From Spirochaetia bacterium (lineage in GTDB: Bacteria; Spirochaetota; Spirochaetia; DSM-2461), in NCBI GenBank assembly GCA_963668315.1, contig OY764216.1, positions 800,001 to 864,000 of the forward strand: a stretch of 64,000 nt of DNA, read 5' to 3'. Both the position numbers and the translations under genes were made by a program. Under the pieces are notes generated by a model that saw only the letters and a list, made by a program, of their open reading frames with translations, was not told the DNA's origin and did no database searches. Each line of letters begins with the position of its first letter. Position 1 is the first letter of the stretch. Shown here one piece after another: positions 48,073-57,815 of this stretch.

Positions 48073-50970
48073 CTAAAGACGGATTTCATAGGGAACGGCG
48101 GAGATTTCCTTCTCATAGCCTGCTATGTCTGCTCCCTTAAGCATGCGCCTCTTCTGGAAGTCATCGGTTTTTTCAAGAAGATCCCGAATACTGTAGGGAA
48201 ACTTAAAGCCAAGGGCTTCTTCCGCATCGCTGACGAAATGGGGAAAGTATTTCAAAAGAATCTTCCGTGTTTCCTCCCTTTTTTTCAGCTCCCAGAGAGG
48301 CGTATCAAGGTCATATTCAAGTTTCAACGGCGCTGAGCTGCTCCAGGTAATCCTGTACTCTCCGGCGGCAAGGATAAGTTCCGCACCCTCTTCCTTCCCG
48401 AAGGACCATGCCGGAGCCTCTCCCCCTTCTACGGTTTCGGGCAGGGCCTTATCCAGTATAAGCCGGGCCTCCGAATTGAAGGGAACGGTGATCTCCATCG
48501 CCGGATTCCCCTTCTCGTCCAGTTCCCAGCGGGTGCGGATCATCCCCATGGGTGATGAGAGTGATGCTTCGGCAAAGGAGAATTTCCCGCAGATTTCCGG
48601 GCGGATGATGAATTTCTTGAATCCTGGTTCATCTTCGAGGGGCTTCAAGCCGCAGAGATTCCTGTACATCCACTCCACGATGGAGCCGTAGGAGTAGTGA
48701 TTCAGGGAGTTCATGCCCGTTCCCGAGATCTTCCCGTCGGGAAGGATGGAGTTCCACCTCTCCCAGATCGTGGTCGCCCCCATAAGTACTTCATAGAGCC
48801 AGCTGGGATAATCCTCCTGGAAGAACAGCTGGCAGGCCTCAGTGGATGCCCCGTGATCGGAAAGAGTCCGGCAGAGATAGGGCGTTCCGATGAATCCGGT
48901 TTTCAGATGCATCTTGTTGGCCTTGAGAAGAGCCGTCAGGTCGCTGAGAACCCTCTCCTTTACCGGTTCATCCACCAGATCGAAGTGAAGGGCCACGACA
49001 TGGGCTGTTTGCGTTCCGATGGCGGAGCGGCCGGATTTGGTGAAATATTCATTCTGGATGGCTTTTTTTACCGCTTCGGAGCGTTCGGCGTAATAGCGGG
49101 CGTCATCATCCTTGCCGAGAACCCGGGCGGCCTTTGCCAGGATGTTGGTGGAAAGCCGGTAATAGGCCGATGCGAGAAGGCCATGGTCCGTGCCTCCCAT
49201 GACGCCCCCTTCCACGGGGCCGTCGAGGGCCAGCCAGTCGCCAAACTGGAAACCGACGGTCCACAGGTTATGGCCGCCCTCGGATTTATCCCGGGAGATA
49301 ATCCAGTCCACCCAGTCCTTCATGCTCGGGTACTGCCTTTTCAAAATGGCCGGATCGCCGGTGTGCAGGTAGACCTCCCAGGGAATGACGGTGGCCGCAT
49401 CGGACCAGGCGCAGGCTCCACCGGCGATGAAGCTGGATTCGGTCGTCTTATTCTGATTGAAGGTAGGTACCGTGCTGGCCACCATGCCTCCGGCGAACTT
49501 CTGCTCCTCGTAGAGATCGCGCATAAATTTTGAGTAAAAGGCGTAGGTGTCCATGTTGAAGCTGGCCGTTCCGCAGAAAACTTCGGCGTCACCGGTCCAG
49601 CCCATTCTCTCGTCCCTCTGGGGACAGTCGGTGGGAACATCGAGGAAATTGTCCTTCTGACTCCAGAAGGCGTTCTGGAAGAGTCTGTTGACCAGGGGAT
49701 CGGACGTTTTGATATCCCCGATGGTTTCCAGGTCGGAATAGACGACGCAGCCCGTGAAATCATCAGGATTTATCGGGCCGGTAAAACCCTCCAGTTTGAC
49801 ATAGCGGAATCCGTAAAAGGTAAAATGCGGTTCCACCACACGCTCCGCACCATCGGAAATGCAGGTGTACTGCGCTTTGGCCGATCTCAGATTGTCCCGG
49901 TAGAAACAGTCGTCCTGGAGAACTTCGCCATGGGAAAGGACCACCCTGGCGCCTTGGGGCTCCTTCATCCTGAAGCGGAGCCATCCGACCATATTCTGAC
50001 CCATGTCCAGGACCAGCTCGCCCTTAGGGGTTTTCAATAGTTTTACCGGCTTCAGCTCTTCCTTGATGATGACGGGAGGAGACATGCGGTCCACCACAGG
50101 GCCCAGTCCTTCGGGGGTATAGGAAGAGACCGATTCCCACCCTTCACCGCTGTCTTCCGGTTCGGACCACCCCTTAAGGATAAGATTCGCATCGAATATC
50201 TCCCCGTCGTAAAGGGAATCTTCCAGAATAGGTGAACGGTGGCTTTGCCAGCTGTTATCTGTGATGATGACTTCCTCCGAACCGTCCTCGCAGGTGATAT
50301 GCAGTTCACAGAGCAGGGCGAAATCATGCATGTAGGGAGTATTCAATTCGCCGAAGGTTCCGAAGGGCCCCTTGGCCCATCCGTTGCCCAGCATAACGCC
50401 CACGACATTCTCACCCTTAGCCAGGGCATGGGTAATGTCGTAGGTCTGGTATTGAAGCCAGGCGTCGTAGGCATTGCAGTAGGGCGTCAGCCGCTCTTCG
50501 CCGATTCTTTTCCCGTTGATTTCCATCTCATATAGTCCCAGGCCGATAATGTAAGCCCTGGCTTTTGTTATTCTTTTTTCCAGGGTAAAGTTCTTTCTCA
50601 TATAGGGGCTGACAGAGGCGTCTTCGGCTTTGATCCAGCCGGCCTGCCAGGGTTCGGTCATTTTTCCCGTTTCAAAGAAGTTCACTTCGGAGAGGGCTTT
50701 GTCCCTGTCTCCTTCCACCTCCACCTGCCAGAAATATTCCGTCCGGGGCTTCAGTTCGAGGGCGGTTTCAAATCCCCGGTTATCCAGGGCTTTGCGGAAT
50801 CCCGTATCCATGAGGATATTCTTCATTTCCCTGTCGGATGCCACGGTCAGGCGGGCCTGTTGCTGGGTTTTTGACAGGGACTCTTCTACGGCCCAGGAAA
50901 ATACGGTTCTTTCCATGTCAAATCCGACGGGACTGACGAGATGATTGGTTTTACACCGGGTGATTTTCAT
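48073..50970 (-). CDS. Alpha-L-rhamnosidase, GH78
   Basis: DMGQNMVG, FTFYGFRY, PTDCPQRDERMGWTGD, GATTIWERW, SLNHY; SD AAGGAG before ATG 50970. Confidence 0.92.
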   Translation of the reverse strand: MKITRCKTNHLVSPVGFDMERTVFSWAVEESLSKTQQQARLTVASDREMKNILMDTGFRKALDNRGFETALELKPRTEYFWQVEVEGDRDKALSEVNFFETGKMTEPWQAGWIKAEDASVSPYMRKNFTLEKRITKARAYIIGLGLYEMEINGKRIGEERLTPYCNAYDAWLQYQTYDITHALAKGENVVGVMLGNGWAKGPFGTFGELNTPYMHDFALLCELHITCEDGSEEVIITDNSWQSHRSPILEDSLYDGEIFDANLILKGWSEPEDSGEGWESVSSYTPEGLGPVVDRMSPPVIIKEELKPVKLLKTPKGELVLDMGQNMVGWLRFRMKEPQGARVVLSHGEVLQDDCFYRDNLRSAKAQYTCISDGAERVVEPHFTFYGFRYVKLEGFTGPINPDDFTGCVVYSDLETIGDIKTSDPLVNRLFQNAFWSQKDNFLDVPTDCPQRDERMGWTGDAEVFCGTASFNMDTYAFYSKFMRDLYEEQKFAGGMVASTVPTFNQNKTTESSFIAGGACAWSDAATVIPWEVYLHTGDPAILKRQYPSMKDWVDWIISRDKSEGGHNLWTVGFQFGDWLALDGPVEGGVMGGTDHGLLASAYYRLSTNILAKAARVLGKDDDARYYAERSEAVKKAIQNEYFTKSGRSAIGTQTAHVVALHFDLVDEPVKERVLSDLTALLKANKMHLKTGFIGTPYLCRTLSDHGASTEACQLFFQEDYPSWLYEVLMGATTIWERWNSILPDGKISGTGMNSLNHYSYGSIVEWMYRNLCGLKPLEDEPGFKKFIIRPEICGKFSFAEASLSSPMGMIRTRWELDEKGNPAMEITVPFNSEARLILDKALPETVEGGEAPAWSFGKEEGAELILAAGEYRITWSSSAPLKLEYDLDTPLWELKKREETRKILLKYFPHFVSDAEEALGFKFPYSIRDLLEKTDDFQKRRMLKGADIAGYEKEISAVPYEIRL

Positions 50971-51167
50971 AAAATACTCCTTGATAGGGCAGGGGGGCGC
51001 CCTGAATGTCTTCCCTTCCGAAACCTTACCTGAACATAATGGATGCAAGAAGCCTTATCGTGAACTTCAGATTCGCTTATAAAAGGTAATGTTTTGATAT
51101 ATTATAGGACAGCCTTCTTTATCGGGAAATGTTTTTACGGAATTTGTTAGTGTTGCGAGGTAAGAAA

Positions 51168-52127
51168 ATGGATGACCATCTTCTCGAGAAAATTACACGT
51201 CACAGTCAAAGGGAAAACCTCTTCTTCCGGGAGAAGAAAGGAGAGGATAAGGGGAGAAGAGGGGATATTTCTCAGCCGGTCTGTCTCTCGGCGGACTATT
51301 TTCTGCCCCATGAGGAACCGGTCTTTATCTCTGTTCACAGGGATGATTCAAACAAAAATGTTCACTACCATGATTTTTTTGAGATCAACTATGTGATCCG
51401 GGGCCGTCCGGTGGGGATCATCGACGGCTATGAGATACAGTTCGGGCAGGGGAATCTACTCCTGATGAATCCCAATGCGGTCCATTTCTACAGGAAATAC
51501 CGGGACGGGGAGGATGTGATTCTGAATATCGTCCTCCCCGTCGAGACTTTCCGGAAAACCGTCTATCTCCCCCTGCTCTCCGATAAGTCTCTGAATGCCT
51601 TCTTTATCCGTTATAAGGTGGAAAACCAGAAAAGGTCCTCCTCGATCTTCCTGCCTGAAGTAAGCGATGTACTGGAACAGGTCATCGAGATGCTTATTCG
51701 TGAGTATCTCGAAAAAAAGAGTTTCGGTCCCGTTATCATCGAGTCGCTGATAACCCTTCTCTTTTCCCATATCCTCAGGGATTACGGCGCCTCACCTGTG
51801 GTCAAAGAGAGTCCGGTGAATGATATTCTCAATTATATCTACCGCCATTACAATCAGTGCGGACTGAACGATCTGGCCGACAAGTTCGGCTATCACCCCA
51901 AGTATCTTTCTTCCCTGATCCGCAGGCATACGGGAAGGAGTTACCGGCAGCTGCTGGTGGATATCCGTCTGCAGAATGCGGCCCAGTATCTTCTCCATTC
52001 GGACAGGACAATCGATGAGGTATTCGAAGTTATCGGGTATCAGGACAAGAGTAGTTTTTACCAGAGCTTCAAAAAGCAGTTCGGCCTCAGCCCCGGACGG
52101 TACCGGGAGGAGAACAGGATTACCTGA
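51168..52127 (+). CDS. AraC-family regulator with cupin domain
   Basis: HYHDFFEINYV, LA..FGYH..YLS, F...FKK.FG.SP..YR; divergent from GH78. Confidence 0.9.
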   Translation: MDDHLLEKITRHSQRENLFFREKKGEDKGRRGDISQPVCLSADYFLPHEEPVFISVHRDDSNKNVHYHDFFEINYVIRGRPVGIIDGYEIQFGQGNLLLMNPNAVHFYRKYRDGEDVILNIVLPVETFRKTVYLPLLSDKSLNAFFIRYKVENQKRSSSIFLPEVSDVLEQVIEMLIREYLEKKSFGPVIIESLITLLFSHILRDYGASPVVKESPVNDILNYIYRHYNQCGLNDLADKFGYHPKYLSSLIRRHTGRSYRQLLVDIRLQNAAQYLLHSDRTIDEVFEVIGYQDKSSFYQSFKKQFGLSPGRYREENRIT

Positions 52128-52133
52128 GAAGGT

Positions 52134-52610
52134 TTACCGCCATTGATAGGAGACGGGAAACCGGTTGTTCAGCCGTTCCAGCAATTCCGCCGTATGCTGC
52201 TGAAAATGGCGCAGATTGGTCATGTGAAATTCCAGCTGATTCTGATGATACCAGGAGGGCCAGCAGGGTTCCTCCGGAGCGAAGGATTCCATATAGGCGG
52301 GAAGGGAATCCCTTATGTGATTTAGGAATTCAACCATTTCCCCGCGGGTGTAGATCTTTTCAAACACATACTCGACGGCGGAGGGGATTTTGCGTAAATC
52401 ATGATAATCTTCCTTTTCCCCGGGCCAATTCCTGATGGCCGATTCTGAGGGACTTAAGTAGATATTCGTGTAGAAAAGGCCATGATAGCAAACCTGCCAG
52501 GCGGGATTCTGGTAGGATCGGTCCATCCAGAGAGTGTCATCGTAGAGATTAATGCACTCTTCCATCATGGCCGCTGCTTTTCCGTACTGACTGATGATTT
52601 CCCTTTTCAT
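52134..52610 (-). CDS. DinB-like protein
   Basis: W...YH.L and LRH.Q.H motifs; ATG 52610 overlaps upstream stop, SD GGAGGAG. Confidence 0.7.
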   Translation of the reverse strand: MKREIISQYGKAAAMMEECINLYDDTLWMDRSYQNPAWQVCYHGLFYTNIYLSPSESAIRNWPGEKEDYHDLRKIPSAVEYVFEKIYTRGEMVEFLNHIRDSLPAYMESFAPEEPCWPSWYHQNQLEFHMTNLRHFQQHTAELLERLNNRFPVSYQWR

Positions 52611-53479
52611 ATTCTCCTCCATAACATGAAATTGTCCCGGAAGCGGTATTCCGCCAGGCCGGTATCGGCGAGATAGGACAGAAAAGACCTTACCGTGGAC
52701 CCGACAAGGGCGTACTGACCCCCGTTCAGAAGAATCCCGAATCGGTCGCAGAGCCGCTTGAGAATCGTATCGAAGGAGGATTCCTCCTCCAGTATGGCCA
52801 GAAGGCTCTCTTCAATCTCGTCGACCCGCTTCAGGTTCCGGTCGGCCGTTTCGGCGATATTCCCGCTTACGGGGCCGTGGGAAGGAACGACGAACCGGGC
52901 TTTCTCCTCGCGGACCCTTATGATGGAATTGCGGTAGGCGGCCACATCATAGATAAAGGGGATCTTATATTTGTCCAGAACATTCTCCCCGAACAGGCTG
53001 TCGGCGGCAAAAAGGACTTCGTCCGGAGTTTTCAGCCCGATCATCTGAAAGAAGTGGCCCTCAAGGGGAATGATGCGGATTCCGTTCTTCCACTCTTGGC
53101 TCTGATCGATGATTTCGGTAACCCGGGAAGGGCGGGCCTGAAAGAATTTGTTTCGCAGCTCGCCGATCTCTCTCCCTCCCCAGAGAAAGGATGTTTCCAG
53201 AACGGGTGATTCAATGAATGCCTTCTCCGTTTCGGCGGCATAGATTTCGCAGCCCAGATTTCTCTGCAGGTAATCGTTGCCTCCGATATGGTCGGCATTG
53301 GAGTGGGTGTTGATAATTCCTCTGAGCTGCCAGTTCTTCTCCTTGAGGATTTTGCCGATCTTCCGTCCCGATTCCTTATCATTCCCGCTGTCCACAAGAA
53401 GGATATCTCCCTTCTCTTCGAAAAAGCCGATATTGGTCGGTCCCTCAAGGACCCATGTCTTTTCGCCCAGTTGTGTCAT
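52607..53479 (-). CDS. Metallo-beta-lactamase-fold hydrolase
   Basis: LVDSG, THSNADHIGG, GH, AD, PSHG. Confidence 0.85.
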   Translation of the reverse strand: MTQLGEKTWVLEGPTNIGFFEEKGDILLVDSGNDKESGRKIGKILKEKNWQLRGIINTHSNADHIGGNDYLQRNLGCEIYAAETEKAFIESPVLETSFLWGGREIGELRNKFFQARPSRVTEIIDQSQEWKNGIRIIPLEGHFFQMIGLKTPDEVLFAADSLFGENVLDKYKIPFIYDVAAYRNSIIRVREEKARFVVPSHGPVSGNIAETADRNLKRVDEIEESLLAILEEESSFDTILKRLCDRFGILLNGGQYALVGSTVRSFLSYLADTGLAEYRFRDNFMLWRRI

Positions 53480-53574
53480 GAAATCAGCTTAAACGGTAAA
53501 ATGCGTTCGCACAAGATTTTCTGAAAGGTTATCTGTGAAAAAAGTGAAATGACATACTATAATTAAAGTGTCCT

Positions 53575-54504
53575 ATGAAAAGAAAACGTCCTTTAATTCT
53601 TTGCCTGCTGTTCTCGCTTTTCATGGCAGGCTGCACGACGGTGGAAAGGAGAACTTCCTGGGAGCCGGATGACTACTTTTCCTATTATGGCGTGGAACAT
53701 CTGGCGGGAGAAAGGAGTTATGGGTTTATCGGGGAGGGTGAGGACAGTCTATGGACCTGGTCCGTTACTCCTCCCGAAGTTGAGGGAACGGTTCTTTTCC
53801 TTCACGGCTACCTGGATCATTCCGCCTTAAGTTCCCGGCTTCTGACTTTTCTCAACAGGGAGAAATACCGCATCGTCACCTATGATCTTCCCGGGCATGG
53901 TTTGTCCGGCGGGCAGAGGGCCGGGATGGACAATTTTGATGAGTACCGTGAAAGCCTGAGCCGGGTCATGGCCTACTGGCATCTGGAGCCTGAGGAAATT
54001 GTTTTCATTGGGCACAGCACCGGCGGGGCGGTGGTCCTGGACCGACTGCTAAGCGGGCAGAAAGCGAAGGGTGCTGTACTGGCGGCTCCCCTGATCCGGT
54101 TCAATCATTTCAAACGGGCGGCTTTTCTTCTGAATCATCTGCCCGAGAAGGTGGGGTCCTTGAAGACCAGTAAGAGACCTACGACTTCGGATAGGGAATT
54201 CACAGAGAAGAAACGGAGAGATCCTCTGGGTATAGAGCGGATGCCCGTGAACTGGCCCCGGGCGCTGATCGTCTGGGAGAAAGCTCTTCCCGACGGTCCT
54301 GCCCCTGTCGAGACACCCCTGCTTGTCGTCCAGGGCGGAAAGGACCGGGTCGTCGCCTATGAGGATAATACGGCACGCATTTCTCTGTGGTTTCCCCGGG
54401 CGGTGATAAAGTACTATCCGGGGCTGAAGCATCATATTCTCAATGAAGCCGATTCGGATGAACTTTATGGGGATATGGAACGCTTTCTTGAATCTCTGGA
54501 GTAA
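53575..54504 (+). CDS. Alpha/beta hydrolase (lysophospholipase-like) lipoprotein
   Basis: MAGC lipobox; HGYLDH, DLPGHG.S, GHSTG, D.VV, H...NE. Confidence 0.85.
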   Translation: MKRKRPLILCLLFSLFMAGCTTVERRTSWEPDDYFSYYGVEHLAGERSYGFIGEGEDSLWTWSVTPPEVEGTVLFLHGYLDHSALSSRLLTFLNREKYRIVTYDLPGHGLSGGQRAGMDNFDEYRESLSRVMAYWHLEPEEIVFIGHSTGGAVVLDRLLSGQKAKGAVLAAPLIRFNHFKRAAFLLNHLPEKVGSLKTSKRPTTSDREFTEKKRRDPLGIERMPVNWPRALIVWEKALPDGPAPVETPLLVVQGGKDRVVAYEDNTARISLWFPRAVIKYYPGLKHHILNEADSDELYGDMERFLESLE

Positions 54505-55733
54505 CCCGTCCCCTTTTTTCTTTCGTAAAGATCGATCAAGCCCATTCCAATGGTGGCGGCCAGACCGACCAGAGCGGCTAGATGCCAGGTTGCCCGGAAA
54601 GAGGTTTTTTCCAGATAGGAGCCCAGAACGATAGGACCCGCTACGAAGCCCGAACCCATTATAATAGGCAGAACAGAGCTCATTCGTCCCCGATGAGTAG
54701 AGGGAGTATGACTCATGAGAAAGGGCATAAGACTGACCGCCTCGGAAATCTCACCCAGGGTGAAGATAAAGACGGAAAGAAAAAAAGCCGCCCGGAAATC
54801 GATAAAGCCGAGCAGCCCGAATCCCAGGGTGAATAATGCTCCCCCGTAGAAAATTTTCCTTATGGATGTGCGGTTTCTCAGGAAATAGGTCAGGAGGGGG
54901 GTAAAGATGACGACAATCAGGGCATTGAAACTCCCCAGGAGTCCAAAGAGGGCGGCTCCGGATTGGGGGAAACGGAATTCCGCATGAAGGGGAATCAGAA
55001 AGTGCCAGCATGAATAAAGAAACCTGTAACCGAAGCATACGAGAGCGAAAATAATCAGCAGAGGCCGTTCCCATAATACATGGAATATGGATTTATCCGA
55101 CGGGGCCGTCTCGTCATCGGCATCCATTTCCTCTTTCCTCAGGGCTTCATTCCGGGTTTCCGGGACAAGTAGACCGATCATAATTATGGCTATGGCTGCC
55201 GTCAAGGCGTCGATTAAAAACATAAGGGGCAGATGGATTTCAAACAGAAACCCGGCCAGAACCTGCGCTATGGCAAAACCGAAATTATAACCCAGATATC
55301 CCAGGGAGTAGGCGCCCTCTCTTTGGGCCGGTTCGGAAAGATCGGCCATCATGGCATCATGGGAAGGTCCGGCCGCTCCGAAGCAGAAGGTATTGAACAT
55401 AATCAGATAAACCATAGCCATTCCGGGCGTTATGAAAAGACAGGCCACGTAGCCCAGAGAAGCCAGTGATTCAAAAAGAATCAATACCGGTTTGCGTCCG
55501 ATTATATCGGAAAGTTTGCCTCCGATGAGGCTGGCGGGGGCCCATAGAATGGAACACATGGCAATATAAAAACCGGTATCTCCGGCGGACAGGCCTATTT
55601 TCCTGCTTAAGAGAAGAGTTAAAAAAGGGTGGATGAGAGTTCCCATGGCATTAATGGTTTTAGCCGAGACAATGATATAAATCTCTTTTCGCAGGCCTCT
55701 GTAGGGAGCCAGCAGCGATACCGCCTTCTTCAT
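54465..55733 (-). CDS. MFS transporter
   Basis: GGKLSDIIGRK motif A, about 12 hydrophobic segments; ATG 55733 downstream of TTGACC-18-TATTGT. Confidence 0.9.
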   Translation of the reverse strand: MKKAVSLLAPYRGLRKEIYIIVSAKTINAMGTLIHPFLTLLLSRKIGLSAGDTGFYIAMCSILWAPASLIGGKLSDIIGRKPVLILFESLASLGYVACLFITPGMAMVYLIMFNTFCFGAAGPSHDAMMADLSEPAQREGAYSLGYLGYNFGFAIAQVLAGFLFEIHLPLMFLIDALTAAIAIIMIGLLVPETRNEALRKEEMDADDETAPSDKSIFHVLWERPLLIIFALVCFGYRFLYSCWHFLIPLHAEFRFPQSGAALFGLLGSFNALIVVIFTPLLTYFLRNRTSIRKIFYGGALFTLGFGLLGFIDFRAAFFLSVFIFTLGEISEAVSLMPFLMSHTPSTHRGRMSSVLPIIMGSGFVAGPIVLGSYLEKTSFRATWHLAALVGLAATIGMGLIDLYERKKGTGYSRDSRKRSISP

Positions 55734-55837
55734 CCTTTTACAATAGAACGGACGGAAAATAATGGTCAAGGTGAGAAATTATTTATATTCAGACATACCC
55801 TTGCCATGATGGCTTCGGAAGGGTATTTTTTTACCCT

Positions 55838-56617
55838 ATGATAAAAGCGAGCAATAAAGACAAGGATAGGGTCCTGCCTTTCCTGAAAAGAAATCCTTCG
55901 GAGAACGGATTTTTTATTGGGGATCTGGAAAATTTCAGTCTGGATGAAGATTTCCTGGACCTGTGGTATGAGGAAAGGGAAGGGAGGATTGTTTCCGTTT
56001 TACTCCGGTACTATAAGGGCTATCTGGTCACTTCCGAAGAAACCCCGAATTTCGGGGAGATTGCCAGGGTTATAACGTCCGACCCTCTCAGGGAGCGTGT
56101 CTCCGGAATGGGGGATTCTATTACGGGACTGGCGAAATATATGGATCTGGGAAAAATCAGGAAGACAAATCTGGCGGTTCTTTCAGGGGAAAATTTCTCA
56201 GGCGTAACGAAGGGGGAAGAAGAGCCGGTCCGCTGCGGTGTGGACGGGATAGAGGAGCTTTTCACGTTCCTGAAAGGGATAGAAGAGTTTGAAGTCAGCG
56301 AAAATCAGCGTGACTCCTTCGGAAAGGAAATAAAAACAGCCACGGGGCGGGCCTATGTGATCCGCAGGGAGGGGCGTATTGTCGCCTGCGCGCAGATTTC
56401 TGCCGAGAACAGCCTGAACGGAACGGTTATGGGTGTTGCCACCGATGCCGGTTGGAGGCGCAAAGGCTTAGCCAGGTTGTGTGTAAGCCGCGCATGCCGG
56501 GATATGATCGATGACGGCAAGGAAGTCATCCTCTTCTATGACAATCCCCGCGCGGGAAAGCTGTATAAAGACCTGGGCTTTACCGACAGGGGCTGCTGGA
56601 TTATGTGCCGTCTATAA
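55838..56617 (+). CDS. GNAT acetyltransferase
   Basis: GVAT...WRRKGLA, LFYDNP.A..LY..LGF. Confidence 0.85.
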   Translation: MIKASNKDKDRVLPFLKRNPSENGFFIGDLENFSLDEDFLDLWYEEREGRIVSVLLRYYKGYLVTSEETPNFGEIARVITSDPLRERVSGMGDSITGLAKYMDLGKIRKTNLAVLSGENFSGVTKGEEEPVRCGVDGIEELFTFLKGIEEFEVSENQRDSFGKEIKTATGRAYVIRREGRIVACAQISAENSLNGTVMGVATDAGWRRKGLARLCVSRACRDMIDDGKEVILFYDNPRAGKLYKDLGFTDRGCWIMCRL

Positions 56618-57121
56618 CTGCTTTTCGTAGCAGTGGTACTCCTGGTGGCCTACCGGTTTATAATCGAACTGCACGGCGCCCCGCTTTACGAAGCCGGACT
56701 TCTCATACAATCCTACGGCGGCCCGGTTCTCGGGGAAAACATCCAGGCGCATAATCGCATAGCCCTTTTCCCGGGCGAAATCCTCGCATGTCTTCAGAAC
56801 CTTTTTCCCGTAACCCCGGCCCTGCTTCTCCGGGTCAACGACCAGTCCGTGAACGGCGCAGGGAACGGTATCGTTGAACTGCCATTCAACCTCTTTCCAC
56901 TCATCGGCCTGTGTCTCGTTCAGAACCACCGTTCCCACGACCTGATCCCCGTCGACAAGAAGATACTGCTCGCGGCTCTCTATACACCGGGCGACCGATT
57001 CGTCGTTGGGGTATTTTTCGTTCCACTGATAAATGCCGCGGCCGTTTAAATCGTCCTTGCATCGGTTATAGAGAGACATCAGACGGGCATGATCTTCCTT
57101 TCGGGCTCTAACAATTTCCAT
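56612..57121 (-). CDS. GNAT acetyltransferase
   Basis: VDP..QGRGYG, N..A..LYE..GF; ATG 57121 just after marR stop. Confidence 0.85.
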   Translation of the reverse strand: MEIVRARKEDHARLMSLYNRCKDDLNGRGIYQWNEKYPNDESVARCIESREQYLLVDGDQVVGTVVLNETQADEWKEVEWQFNDTVPCAVHGLVVDPEKQGRGYGKKVLKTCEDFAREKGYAIMRLDVFPENRAAVGLYEKSGFVKRGAVQFDYKPVGHQEYHCYEKQL

Positions 57122-57125
57122 GGGT

Positions 57126-57584
57126 TTATCCTTCATTTTCTGACTTTTCGGAGAGAGAGAATACAAGTTTATCCAGAGTCGTCTTGATCGTTTTCAGCTC
57201 TTCTTTTTCAAAAGGGCCTTCCAGAATGCGCGAGAGCAGCATCTCCGGTATTTTCAGAGCTTCCTGCCGCATATCTCTTCCCTTCTGCGTCAGAGCGACA
57301 ATCACCCGTCTTTCATCTTTCAGGGAGCGTTTCCTCTCCACCAGTCCCTGTTGTTCCATCCTTTTCAGGAGGGGAGTCACCGTATTGGTATTCAGGATGA
57401 GAAGCCGGGCAATTTCGTTGACGGTTAGAGCGTCATTTTCCCACAGGACCATCATGGCCAGGTACTGGGGATAGGTGATCCCCAGTTCGTCCAGGTGGGG
57501 CTGGTACTCCCTGATGATCAGCCGGGAGGCGGCATATATGGGGAAACAGAGCTGATTTTTCAGCAGCAGCGGATCGTTACTCAT
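57126..57584 (-). CDS. MarR-family regulator, OhrR-like
   Basis: L.NQLCF.IYA, GITYPQYL, TVTPLLKRME, DER.V...LT..G; SD AGGAG before ATG 57584. Confidence 0.9.
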   Translation of the reverse strand: MSNDPLLLKNQLCFPIYAASRLIIREYQPHLDELGITYPQYLAMMVLWENDALTVNEIARLLILNTNTVTPLLKRMEQQGLVERKRSLKDERRVIVALTQKGRDMRQEALKIPEMLLSRILEGPFEKEELKTIKTTLDKLVFSLSEKSENEG

Positions 57585-57615
57585 GAATGACTCCTGTTTG
57601 ACTCTACCGTCATGA

Positions 57616-57662
57616 ACGGGAATTGTCAATCTACGGGAAGGATCTTCTCTATGTGCCTGACC
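57616..57662. repeat. 47-bp direct repeat, left copy (duplicate of gpx 3' end)
   Basis: ACGGGAATTGTCAATCTACGGGAAGGATCTTCTCTATGTGCCTGACC, identical to 60797-60843. Confidence 0.95.
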
Positions 57663-57815
57663 TTTTGGATGACGAATCGATTCTGATTTAAAAGAAAGGT
57701 CTATGGCCTGATAGGAATCAGAACGGAGGGATTACTTTTATCAAAATACGAAATAATATATGGGTTTTTATTATAAGACTGTGGTATGTTATTTTTTTCA
57801 AAATAGGGGGACTAA

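Noticed and set aside
57616..57662. 47-bp repeat as a CRISPR repeat or remnant of a second gpx gene
   Set aside because: Only two copies 3.1 kb apart, no cas genes, and gpx similarity stops abruptly at 57662
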